This document shows positions 1 through 10,100 of a DNA stretch of 64,000 bases, one piece after another. Position numbers and translations under genes: made by a program. The DNA comes from Nitrospirota bacterium. GTDB taxonomy: Bacteria > Nitrospirota > JACRHJ01. Every line of letters starts with the position of its first letter. Position 1 is the stretch's first letter. Under the pieces are notes generated by a model that worked only from the letters and a program-made list of their open reading frames with translations, searched no databases and had not been told where the DNA came from. The stretch covers positions 160,001 to 224,000 of the forward strand of contig CAVTDB010000003.1 of assembly GCA_963733375.1 (NCBI GenBank), in the 5' to 3' direction.

Positions 1-63
1 TCAAGAATGCACGCCTATCAACATCTGAGCAGCATCTTCACGGCTTCACGCATTGTCATTGCC

Positions 64-432
64 CTATTCTTTCATGACCGGCAATCCGAGCTCGGCAAGG
101 CGCTTCTCCTCGCCATCGGCCCAATAACTCTTAGTGTTGGGGTCGTACAAGAGGTTTATGTCTTTCATTATCGGCGGTATTGGGCCTGTGTTTTTTGCAA
201 GTCTGAAGAGACGCTCCCTGCCCGGCTTTGGAGATCTACTCCTGTAGCCGACTAGGGTAATATATCCTGCAGTTTTGAGCGTGCCCAAATAGTGGGTCAG
301 ATTCTCGACCTCGGATTCTGAAAGCCTTGCAATGTCCCGAATAGCGAATGGGCCTCTAATGATCCTCATCACTTGCCAGGCGCGTTCACGCGCGGTATTT
401 CTAACCCGCTTGTTTTTGGTAGTGCCTTTCAC
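64..432 (-). CDS. Winged-HTH-like protein of Mu-like element A, downstream of the ATPase
   Basis: 122 aa; AWQVMRI...F.IRDIARLS...YLGTLKTAGYI...RLFRLAKNTGPIPP pattern typical of the gene after MuB in transposable phages; start overlaps the ATPase stop. Confidence 0.65.
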   Translation of the reverse strand: MKGTTKNKRVRNTARERAWQVMRIIRGPFAIRDIARLSESEVENLTHYLGTLKTAGYITLVGYRSRSPKPGRERLFRLAKNTGPIPPIMKDINLLYDPNTKSYWADGEEKRLAELGLPVMKE

Positions 433-1133
433 TTCTTTGCCCGCCAGTCCAGGTCTTTGATGTGGGAAGCATCTATCTGCTTCAGGTTGTTTCGCCTGGC
501 GAGGACCTCTAGGTGGTTGATTATTATCTTCAGGGAGCGGAAACAGCCTGACGATGCTTTTGCCATGGCATCAGAGGCTTCTTCTGTCATGCTTACCTCG
601 CATAGCTCTTTGGCAGCTTTCATTATGTCCTCGTTATCCAGAGGCTGGAACTTGTTTATCTGACTTATGCGCGAGAAGAAGTGCGGGTGGCGCATCAGCT
701 TCTTGTCTACGGACCCCATACCGATTAGAAGGATCGGGGTACCGCATTCGTCGTGAAGGTCACGTAAGGATTCCAGAACCCTTGAGTCATGGCAGCAGAA
801 GTCAGCCTCGTCGACAATCAGCATGACGTTATTTCCTATGAGCAGTTCTACCGCCTGACCGAATAAGTTTGAAAACCTGTAATATGGCTCGGCTCCAAGG
901 GCATTGACGATCATCTCGAAAAACCACCTATGAGAGATTGCGGCCCTTGCCCGGACGTATACGGCATTTGAGCCTTTGCGTCCGACGAACCATGTGCAGG
1001 TCTCTGTCTTGCCGAGGCCGGGGTCAGAGTAGATTAGTCCGAAGCCGGGGACTCCATTGCCGCGCTCTTTCAGGTTGTCGATCATCTCGACGGACCTCAT
1101 GACGTTCTTAGTCTTGACAAACACGTTGTGCAT
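429..1133 (-). CDS. MuB-like AAA+ transposition ATPase (element A)
   Basis: Walker A-like SDPGLGKT, Walker B LIVDEAD, LRDLHD, FSRI; start moved to ATG at 1133 behind an AAGGAGG RBS. Confidence 0.9.
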   Translation of the reverse strand: MHNVFVKTKNVMRSVEMIDNLKERGNGVPGFGLIYSDPGLGKTETCTWFVGRKGSNAVYVRARAAISHRWFFEMIVNALGAEPYYRFSNLFGQAVELLIGNNVMLIVDEADFCCHDSRVLESLRDLHDECGTPILLIGMGSVDKKLMRHPHFFSRISQINKFQPLDNEDIMKAAKELCEVSMTEEASDAMAKASSGCFRSLKIIINHLEVLARRNNLKQIDASHIKDLDWRAKK

Positions 1134-1155
1134 GATGCACCTCCTTGTTAAATGG

Positions 1156-1178
1156 AAAAGGCCCCAAGAGGGGCCTTT
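1156..1178 (-). terminator. Hairpin between transposase and ATPase genes
   Basis: AAAAGGCCCC-AAGA-GGGGCCTTT; T-run follows on the minus strand. Confidence 0.55.
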
Positions 1179-1180
1179 CA

Positions 1181-3181
1181 TCAGACATACGAGGCGAGCC
1201 TTGCCTCATATTCGGTTAGCCAGCTTCTTTCGTCAGGGCTTAAGTCCTGCCTGCTTTTGAGTGCCAGATATTTGTCGTAGTCTGATTTGTATAGGCCATT
1301 GCTTTTTGTTTTTTTACTTCTTACTATTCCGTCTGCAACCGTCATATGACTGGAGGCAAGCTTTGCCTCCAGTGCCTCGACGTGTTCCGCTATCCTGGGA
1401 ACTGTGGGCACAATCTCATGCCAGGGCAGCACCGCATCCTTGGAGGCGGCCTTGGCCATTTTAACGACCTTTAGAGTCTGGCGCTTAAGGGAGCGTTTCC
1501 TGCGGATGCCTTCCTTCACCGCGTCCATAGTCACCGGGTTGCCGGTAAGCTTTGCCATCGAGTGGACCGCCTCTACCAGCTTAGCTGCGCCCAGGTATTC
1601 GCCACGTGTTGTGTAAACCAAAATCTGAGTGAGGTCGAAGAAGCTGTAGCGTATGCGGACTTTGTCTCGTAAACCGTAAAGGGCCTCGTGGAAGTACTCG
1701 TTGCCGAGGAACCTGATGCCGTTCCTGCCGATGGACGCCGTCTCAACGGATAGCATAAGGTAATCAAGCTCACGTGCATTTATTCCATTACCACGTCCTG
1801 CATTAAGGACCTCGCCCGGTGTGTGCCCATCGAGGCCGCCGTGTGGCTGTGTGCGGTAATATTCCCGCCACTTGCCTATCATGGCCATAGTCTCCGGTAT
1901 TGTGGGTACCCAGTCGTTATGCAGGCTCTTGAGGAATTTTTCATTCCGTTTCATGTAGCCGGGTTTATCCTCTATGGAAGCGCCAGTAAACGAGGGCATT
2001 AGCCTCTCAAACGAATCGGAGAACGTCCCGAAGAAGCGCTCAATCGGTTTGCTCTGCGCGTTATATGGCCAGGCAAAGGACGTAATAATGCCGAGCCTCG
2101 CAAACATCCCGTAGAAGCCGCACTCCTCAAGGCTCAACTCGCTTGTAAATACCTTCGCCTTGAACGCCTTGCCATTGTCGAGCAGGGCTGCCTTCGGAAA
2201 TTTGCCCAGCTCAAGGACTGCATTACGGAGCGCTCCAGCAACGGCCTGGATGTTCTCCTCGACCATAATCTCATAACCTAACAAGTCACGGCTGGCCCAG
2301 TCGTAGAAACCAACGAGTACCGCACGGCAAGGTTTTCCGGTGTACGGGTTTATCACCTGAAAATTAAGCCTGTGGCCGTCGGCGACCAGAACGTCGCCGA
2401 CATCAAGAAGGGATGAATCACGTTTCAGGAACGGGAGCACCTTGTCGTTTAGCGCCTTCTCACCTTCACGGAGCGCAATCCACAGGTCGTAATGGCGCTT
2501 CTTGAAGTTATCGACAAACCGGCGAAGGGTCATGCCTGATGAATGCGAGGGGAGGCCACGGCGTTCCAGAATATACTTTGTCAGTTTTATTGCCGTCTCG
2601 ACCTTGACCTGGTTCTGATGCAGAAGCTGCGTAAGGAGCAGGTTGGCCTCGTCTTCGGTGACCTTCGACCTCTCACCGCGATTATTGGTGGGTCCTGGGG
2701 CCAGGACACGGTAGTCGCTGTCCCCGTCCTTGTATGCCTTCTCCCACCGGTATAGCGTCCCGCGCGAGATGGTGCCCAAAACCTTGAATATCTCCGGAAG
2801 CAGATGGCCGGTATTGTATGAGAGCAGGAAACAGCCCAAAGCGTCTCCTACACTACACGATGCGATAGCGATTTTCTTGTCCTTGTGCCAGGCACCAAGC
2901 AGGTCGGCACGAGCAAGTGCCGATTTTTCGGTCCGTGCGGGCAGGTGCCTTTTATCGGCTGCACATATATTGGAAGATCGAGTCTGGTCCGTTTTACACT
3001 TAAGGTAGTTGTCTTGAACTTCAGGTGGGAGGGCGGAGAGAGGGATCAGGTACTTCCAGCCCGATGTGCCACGAGGGACTTTCTCGGCTGGCATTTTTCC
3101 CAGGCTGATGAGCCTCTGGACCGACCTGACCGTTATTCCCAGGAGGTCCGCTACCTCGGTAATCTCAAGTCTTGATTCCAT
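1181..3181 (-). CDS. MuA-like DDE transposase (element A)
   Basis: 666 aa; N-terminal HTH, VADGH (D), LLDNGKAF (D), SKPIERFF (E), Mu transposase C-terminal GIRF...Y...VRIRY. Confidence 0.92.
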   Translation of the reverse strand: MESRLEITEVADLLGITVRSVQRLISLGKMPAEKVPRGTSGWKYLIPLSALPPEVQDNYLKCKTDQTRSSNICAADKRHLPARTEKSALARADLLGAWHKDKKIAIASCSVGDALGCFLLSYNTGHLLPEIFKVLGTISRGTLYRWEKAYKDGDSDYRVLAPGPTNNRGERSKVTEDEANLLLTQLLHQNQVKVETAIKLTKYILERRGLPSHSSGMTLRRFVDNFKKRHYDLWIALREGEKALNDKVLPFLKRDSSLLDVGDVLVADGHRLNFQVINPYTGKPCRAVLVGFYDWASRDLLGYEIMVEENIQAVAGALRNAVLELGKFPKAALLDNGKAFKAKVFTSELSLEECGFYGMFARLGIITSFAWPYNAQSKPIERFFGTFSDSFERLMPSFTGASIEDKPGYMKRNEKFLKSLHNDWVPTIPETMAMIGKWREYYRTQPHGGLDGHTPGEVLNAGRGNGINARELDYLMLSVETASIGRNGIRFLGNEYFHEALYGLRDKVRIRYSFFDLTQILVYTTRGEYLGAAKLVEAVHSMAKLTGNPVTMDAVKEGIRRKRSLKRQTLKVVKMAKAASKDAVLPWHEIVPTVPRIAEHVEALEAKLASSHMTVADGIVRSKKTKSNGLYKSDYDKYLALKSRQDLSPDERSWLTEYEARLASYV

Positions 3182-3269
3182 GCGGCATTAAAATCTCCTA
3201 ACCCTTTGCCAATACTGCCGTTAAGTCGGACACACACTACCTCTGTGCCGGGGACATTGCAAGTGGATC

Positions 3270-3390
3270 TTGCGACAAGCGGAGACTACTTAATTAGTAA
3301 AAAGTCCTTATTTAAAGGTAGTTAGCTAAGCGACCTTTTGTGTCGCGACAGATGTCGCGATAATGTCGCAACATGGCTGAATATTGCGAC
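3270..3390. repeat. Cluster of TGTCGC(G/A)A repeats including the palindrome TGTCGCGACA
   Basis: Copies at 3341, 3353 and 3364; inverted TTGCGAC at 3270 and 3384; upstream of the transposase. Confidence 0.6.
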
Positions 3391-3565
3391 GCAGGGTTTT
3401 AAAGGCTAATCGGCAAAAGGCAAAAAAAATAAATAGCTTAGCGAGTTATGAGGACAGACAAAATCTCAAACCGAATGGCAGGAACTGGCCTGAACTGGCC
3501 GGTCAATCTCACTTTAAAAACTGCCTAATATGGCCCGTCTAACTCTTCCGATTTTCCTGAGTTTC

Positions 3566-3670
3566 AGTAAAGAAACTGTAAAGTTTTGTAGGGTTTCTGT
3601 AAAGTAATTGTAAAGTTTAATCCCACCTAATCCCTTTAAATCCCGCTACTTCCCACAATCTCCCCTCCTA
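3566..3670. repeat. Helically phased TGTAAAG and TCCC repeats near the end of element A
   Basis: TGTAAAG-like at ~10-11 bp spacing (3577, 3587, 3598, 3609); TCCC at 3621, 3631, 3641, 3651, 3661. Confidence 0.8.
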
Positions 3671-3722
3671 TGTCAAGTTATAGTGGCGTAAACGCTTTAG
3701 TTTCGGGGCATGTCTGAAATGA

Positions 3723-3800
3723 ATTGCTGCAATTTTGCTGCAGTTGCCGATTCTGGCAAAAAAAAGGACTCACGGAAGTCCGTAAGTCCTTGATTTAAAA
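3723..3800 (-). repeat. Diverged copy of the region downstream of tRNA-Val (arm-type repeats plus terminator)
   Basis: ATTGCTGCAATTTTGCTGCA...GGCAAAAAAAAGGACTCACGGAAGTCCGTAAGTCCTTGATTT is nearly identical to 39973-40049. Confidence 0.9.
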
Positions 3801-3845
3801 TGGTAGGCGATGGGGGGTTCGAACCCTCGACCCCTGCCGTGTGAA
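3801..3845 (-). repeat. att site: 45-bp exact duplicate of the tRNA-Val 3' end
   Basis: TGGTAGGCGATGGGGGGTTCGAACCCTCGACCCCTGCCGTGTGAA identical to 40050-40094; identity stops in the anticodon loop. Confidence 0.95.
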
Positions 3846-3942
3846 TTTCATTTAGGGAAACTTGCTAAGTGGGCTGCTGGTCTGGGAAATCGGCTATCCC
3901 ACTGGAATACATATGCTTTCATTTCCTTCCGATATTTACAAT

Positions 3943-3993
3943 GTTTCCATATTTTCCATATAGTCGGTAGAATTCTGCTACATTTTTGCTACA
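3943..3993. repeat. Putative integrase arm-type and accessory binding repeats
   Basis: TTTCCATA x2 (3943-3960); TGCTACATTTTTGCTACA (3976-3993) matches TGCTACAATTTTGCTACA at 39975-39992. Confidence 0.65.
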
Positions 3994-4167
3994 GTATGAA
4001 CACTGCTTTGCAATTCCAGCAAATGCTATAAACAAAAGAGCGGTTTTTAGGCCCCTCCCTTGCTGACGATTATCAGTTGTTTTGTCTCTTTCTCTTTGCA
4101 CTATTACTCGAACTGCCTCTCAGTGTCTGTTCTGGTAATCCATTTGCCGTCGCCGCCGAAACGTTTG

Positions 4168-4587
4168 TCATTGCCATTGGCTGGCGTCGCTATATGTCTC
4201 TGTCGGAGTTATATCGTTCGAGGGTTCCGACGCGGGCCCTGTACCCACCTCGTTAGTTGCCATAACAGTAAAAGTATAAACGGTCCCCTTTGTAAGGCCG
4301 GTTACAGTTATTGGGCTTGATGTCCCAGTCGCTACAAGCGTAATAACTCCGGGATTTGAGATAACAAAATATGATTTAATAGGACTGCCGCCGTCAGATT
4401 CAGGCGCGGCAAAACTCACGATAGCCTCCCCGTCGCCCGCCGTTACTTGAACATTGATCGGCGCGCTTGGGACAGTTGCAGGAAAACTTGAATGCTGGTC
4501 AAAGGCAAGTAAAACGAAGAATAAGAAAACAGTCATCTTTAGAATCTTCATGACTCTAAGCCTCCTTTTTATCATGAGAACTCCCAT
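4168..4587 (-). CDS. Secreted fibronectin type III domain protein
   Basis: Hydrophobic N-terminal signal; PSAPINVQVTAGDGEAIVSFAAPESDGGSPIKSY...GLTKGTVYTFTVMATNEVGTGPASEPS. Confidence 0.85.
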   Translation of the reverse strand: MGVLMIKRRLRVMKILKMTVFLFFVLLAFDQHSSFPATVPSAPINVQVTAGDGEAIVSFAAPESDGGSPIKSYFVISNPGVITLVATGTSSPITVTGLTKGTVYTFTVMATNEVGTGPASEPSNDITPTETYSDASQWQ

Positions 4588-7125
4588 ACTATTATTATCC
4601 CAGGTTGTCCGTCTGAACCGACATACCCGGTGCTGCTGGTTGAAGTCGCGCCGCTACCGCCCGACCCATAGCCATAGGCATTACTATTCGAGCCTTGCGT
4701 GGTACTACCCCAGCCGCCCGCGCCAAATTGCCCGCTCCCTCCAAACCCGCCTTTCGCGACAGAACCAGATAACCTTGTTCCGCACTCCCCGCTATGTCCA
4801 TAGTCGTTGATGTCTCCATTAACAGCGATCGAAGGCCCGCCCCCGTTAACTATGGCAACCGAGGTTCCATGCGCCATGCCGGCCCCGCCGTTACCCCCAT
4901 CTGCGGTATAGGTTATGCCATTATATGTAAAACTCGTGTTCCCGCCTGTGCCGCCACTACCCCCGGAACTACTGCCGTGGGTCCCATAAACTCCTACGGT
5001 ATATGTGCCCGTGCCTGAGAAACCGGTTATTCTTTTGAGCAGATATGCGGCTGAAGAGCCGCCCCCGCCAGCCGCCGCTTGAGATGACGCTCCCGACGCG
5101 CCGCCACCTCCACCGCCACCTCCAACCATTTGGATAATAATGGAATGCGTCCCCAACGTCGGCGTATAGGTTGCATTCGTACCGGAAGTAAGATATTGGA
5201 CATTTAAAAGACTACCCGATGTGCCGCTCGAAGAAGGCAGATTCCCGATCGTTATATATTTTTTCGCGCCGGAGGCTGCGCTGTCCTCTATCAAAAGTAC
5301 GTCGTTACTTGCCGGGGTAGTTTTTTGGCTGAAGGATGAGAAATCATTGGCCGAGCGTTTGAGCTGGGCATCATTTGTCACGCTGTTGAGGTTGACTTGT
5401 GAGGCAGTTATTCCAGTAAGCCCTGAGCCGTTGCCTGTCGGAGTCAAATAATCCGCCCCTGCCACGGCCGCGCTGATCGCCGTACCATTGCCCTTCAATA
5501 GCCCGTTGACATTAGTGGTTATGCTTATCGCGGGTGTGGATGTTGCATTCGCTACGCTTCCACCGAAGCCGTTGGCAGTCGTTACCGAAACAGATGTTAC
5601 AGTGCCGCTTCCGCCGCCACCTACATGCCTTGACGAATATCCTGAAAAAGCTGCCCAACTGTGCGGAATATAGCCGTTCCAAGTTGCACCCGTGACATTG
5701 CCGAATGTAGTTTCAGCCATCGTCCTGTGGCGAATAGCAATTGGAGACTGGTAATCAGTGTCAATAGCCGCGAGCGAGAACCCCCCCGAGCCGTCGCCTT
5801 TTAGGACCGATGCACCGGATGTGGCTGGAGCAAAGTCTACTCCGGACGTCGCCGCGCTGACGGCCGTGCCATTACCTTTCAATAAGCCGTTGACATTGGT
5901 GGTTATGCTTATCGCGGGTGTTGAATTCGCATTCGTTACGCTCCCGCCGAAGCCGTTACCACTCGTTACCGAAACCGAAGTTACCGTGCCACTACCAATG
6001 CCTGTAAGGTGCGAACCGTCGCCGTAGAAAGCGGTCCCCGATACGTTCCTGAATGTAACTTCCTGCGCATATGGGTTCCCCTCCCACCACTCTCCTTGAC
6101 TCTCTCCCCATCCGCGCATTGCCGTGTAAGGCATATTACCCCAGAAGCGGTTACTATCCACAAGAAAAGGCCCGTCTTCCAAGGATGTCGGTGCACCAGA
6201 GTATTTAACCCTACAGTTGTTCAGATCAGGGTCATACCAAATATAGATATTTCCAATACGAAGAGGAGTGCCATTCCAAACCATATCATATAAGGAAAGG
6301 CCGTTACCCACCTGTGCAGAGGTTATGCCTGTCAGATGTGAGCCATTGCCGTAAAAGATACCGGAAACATTCCCGAATGTAGCCTGTTTGCTACCCTTTA
6401 TCGCCCCAGTCATTGTCCCTCCTGACAGGGGTAAGCAAACGGTTGTCGGACTGGTAATCCAGGAGTTTAAAGTACCGCTTGCGTCAGCAACGGGAATTGC
6501 ACTTGGTGTCGGCATCGTGGCCTCTGCTGAGAACCGGTATCGCACCCACCTGGGAAGCTGTAATGCCCGTAAGCTGAGAGCCGCTGCCGTTAGGTATTAG
6601 ATAATCGGTTCCTGGTAAAGCGGCGCTTATTACGCCTGATGAGGCTTTTAATATGCCCGATGTTGCGGGGTCAATCGTGTTGCCCGCACCACCATTTCTT
6701 GCCCAGGTACGATCGTCGGTAATTGTGAGGACGCCGGAGGCATTTAAGACATTCCAAAGGGGAATGCCAGCGGGATTATATGATCCTGAGTCTACCGAAA
6801 GCGATGCCGTGCCTCCTGATGTAACAATGCTTACATAATGTGCAGAGGCACCCGTATAGTTAGAAAAATCGATGTTGCCATCAGGGACAGTATAGACGTT
6901 ATTTCCAAAGCAGGTTTTACCGCCTTTGTAGCTTACAGTCGTACCGCTTGTGGAATATGGATTAAAAGATCTTTTCGAAAACTGCCAGAGCTGGTTCAGG
7001 TTCTCCCGAAGCTGAGCAGATGATACAGAAGCTCCAGTGGCGGGATAATTTTCCTGGAAGTCGGCAAATGTTGCAGTCGATATAAAAAGGATTAGAAGAA
7101 CCAGTATAAAATATCTTTTCCCCAT
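4572..7125 (-). CDS. Signal-peptide-bearing tail-fibre-like protein with Gly-rich C-terminus (frameshift near 6535)
   Basis: ORFs 6484-7125 (signal peptide MGKRYFILVLLILFISTATFA) and 4572-6545 join; GNGSxLTGITASQV repeats, duplicated GTVTSVSV...TPAISITTNVNGLLKGNGTA, terminal VGGGGGGG...GQPGIIIVWEF domain. Confidence 0.7.
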
Positions 7126-7145
7126 ATCTCATTCCTCCTTTTACT

Positions 7146-10100
7146 TCAATTTGATGGATAACATGTAGCTGTGAAACTTGAAATCTGTCCTGCTGATGAT
7201 GTGTTTGAGGAAGTTACATCAGCTCTTATCTGGAAGAACCTCAAGGTTACGGGATTTTGCGTCAAAGGTTGCCAATCGCTCCACGGATCTGTGGCATTGG
7301 ATTTATAACTGATTTCGTATGATACAGTCAGATTTGGCGTGGTTGCCGCTTGCGCGCTTATTATAACCGATTGTATTTGACCCAAATCTATGGAAGAAGT
7401 TGTCCATGAGCCTGAAGATGCTGTCGGGACATCATAATTGATATTAGAGTCATAAACCAAATCAGCGTCATCATAATGATGCTGGGTATCCAATGCCAGA
7501 AGTCCTGCGGGCAGCCAAAATATGCCTGAACCCGTACCGCCAGCCTTAGAAACTATTATTGAATTGCCCGCGCCGGGAATCTCAGTATTTCCTGCACTAT
7601 CTGTCGCTCTAGACTTTAGAGTGTATGATCCGACCGCAGGCTGCACCCACGCATAGCTCCAAATAGCCCAGGTGCCATTGCCGGATGTATCCTGAACGCC
7701 GTCCGACTGGCCCTTCCATGTCGCGCCACCGTCTGTGGAAATTTCGATTTTGGATATTCCTGAGCCTACGGGGTCTGTAGCTGTGCCAGCAATGGTATCG
7801 GTGGCACCGCAAATATAATAAATGACCGCTCCATTTACAGGATTTGTAATTGCCGAGATTGGCGGAATAACGGTTGTCACATTTATGCCTGGCCCTGGAA
7901 ATTCAATATTCCCCTGGTTATCCATTGCCCTCGACTTAATATTAAATTGTCCGTTAGAAGTCGGTGTCCATGTATAGCTCCAATTATCGGTGCCAACCGC
8001 ATCTATCCAGTCAGAACCGTTTATCGATATCTGGACTTTTTTAATCCCCGCACCGCTTCTATCAGTTGCAGTGCCCGATATTGTGTTTGCCCCATTTATG
8101 GTAGCGCCGTTCAGAGGAGAGCTTATTATTGAAGATGGGTCGAAATTAGTCAGTTTCGAAAGGAAATAGCCAGCACCTACATTCCCGTCAAAATCGCTCT
8201 GATTTGTGCCGGAAATGAATATTGATCCGTCGTCTTCTACCGTTATGCCATCTATCGAATCCGCTGAAGTGTTACTAAATATGTATTGCCATATTTCGTT
8301 TCCATTTGGGTCGTACTTAGATGCAAACATATTACCTTCATAATCATATCCTACGACGTATGCATAGCCGTTAAGGTCTAAATCAACATCTCCCGCATAG
8401 GCCAGCTGGTCATTTTTCCATAATTGGTTGCCTTGACTGTCAAGTTTTGAAATATAATCGTCTCCGATTATATAAATATTCCCAGTCTTATCAGTTCTTA
8501 TCGCATTTATGGACTCAGCAAGCATTTTGTTCCATTGTAAGGCACTGTTTCCACTAAATTTTGCCATAAAATTTTGATTATTCATGGTTCCAGATACAAT
8601 TACATTGCCTCCCGGGTCCACGCATATCGGCCCAGAATAATCGAAAGAGCGGGATGAATCTCCGGAAATGCCGTAATTTTCTGTCCAAATATTATTGCCA
8701 TTATTGTCATATTTAGCCAGAACTAAACTCGCAACGTTAATGATTGAGGTTTCGTCTTGAGGATATGTGGTATAACCAGTAATATAGCAGTTACCCGAAC
8801 TATCTATCGCGATTCCCGAGGGAAGAAAGATATGGATTGTTTAATGAATTTGACCATAATAGATTTCCGTTTGGATCATATTTTTGAATATAAGTATTCC
8901 ATCCATCATTAATAGAGACAAAACTATTGCTATTTTGATCCCCAACTATATTTGTTATCCGGTCGTCGTAGTAGGCCCCGGTTATAATCCAGGTTCTATT
9001 CCCTGATGTGTCATATTTTGAAATAAAAGAACTCCCAAAAGATAAACCCGATATATAAAGACTTGCATTTTGATCGCAAGAAATTCCCTCTATACTTGGA
9101 TTTGAAAAATCAGAAAAAACCTTTGTCCATTCTGTTATAGGATTAATGTGATAAATATCTGTTTTCTCCGGTTCAACGTAATCATTGTTTTCGATCCCAA
9201 AATATTTCAATGTGGTATCGCTTAAAATAGGAATGGGCGACTGATATACGGAGGACGCAGTTGTGGGATTCGATCCGTCTGTAGTGTAATATTTCGTAGT
9301 AGTTGATGGAGATAATCTAACCACCTGTCGAAGATTATATGAGCCTCCGGCCGGGGTTGCTGTTGTTGTAGTTATGACCGTCACACCGGGTCCCGGTGTT
9401 TCAATATTTCCCGCTATATCGTAGGCTTCTGTTAAAATTGTAAAGGTTCCACCATCGGGGGGCACTGTCCATAAATAAGTCCAATTTGTCCCTGTAGGTA
9501 AAGTGTAATTCCACGTATTTCCTCCATCAGTAGAAATCGCTAATACGTATGCCCCGGAGCCAGCGCCATCGGATTCTGTACCTGTTATCGTATATGTCTC
9601 ACTGTTACTTATTTGTGCGCCGGGAAGCGGGTCTGTAATTGATGAAACGGGTGGCGTGGTGTCTAAAGTTATCGACGCTTGGTATACTTCAGATACATAA
9701 CCTGAGCTATCTTCATATTTAACAAAAACAGTCTTTAGGCCATCGCCTGATGTTAGTGACCAACTTTTTGTGGTATTATAGGGCTCCCATTGTCCTGTAG
9801 CGAATGACGCATCATTACTTATCATCATTTGAGTTACACCTATTGGTGCATAGGCGTTTAAAGAAAGAGCTACAGTTGGGTAGTTTGTAAACGCCTCCTG
9901 GCTATTAATAATTATAGAGCCTACTGGAAGTGTGCTATTATCAACATCAACCATTACTCCAATAGTCGGTTGTTCAACATTTTCACTGTTATCCGTAGCT
10001 CGCGATTTTAGAAAGTACGTTCCATCCGTCGGCAAAGTCCAGGTGTAGCTCCAATTAGTCGTCCCAGTGGCTTGATTCCAGGTGCTTCCTCCATCAGTTG

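Larger units (their letters stand above)
1..3694 (-). mobile_element. Mu-like transposable element A (continues beyond window start)
   Basis: MuA-MuB-wHTH operon plus an end-like region (phased TCCC, TGTC-N4-TATAGT) resembling elements B and C; end position inferred by alignment. Confidence 0.7.

Noticed and set aside
3801-3845. Second tRNA gene
   Set aside because: Only the 3' 45 nt are present; the 5' acceptor strand and D arm are missing, so it is an att remnant
4572-6545. Tail fibre as the missing tail of element C
   Set aside because: Lies over 20 kb outside C's ends, appears fused to a signal peptide, and has no other tail genes with it
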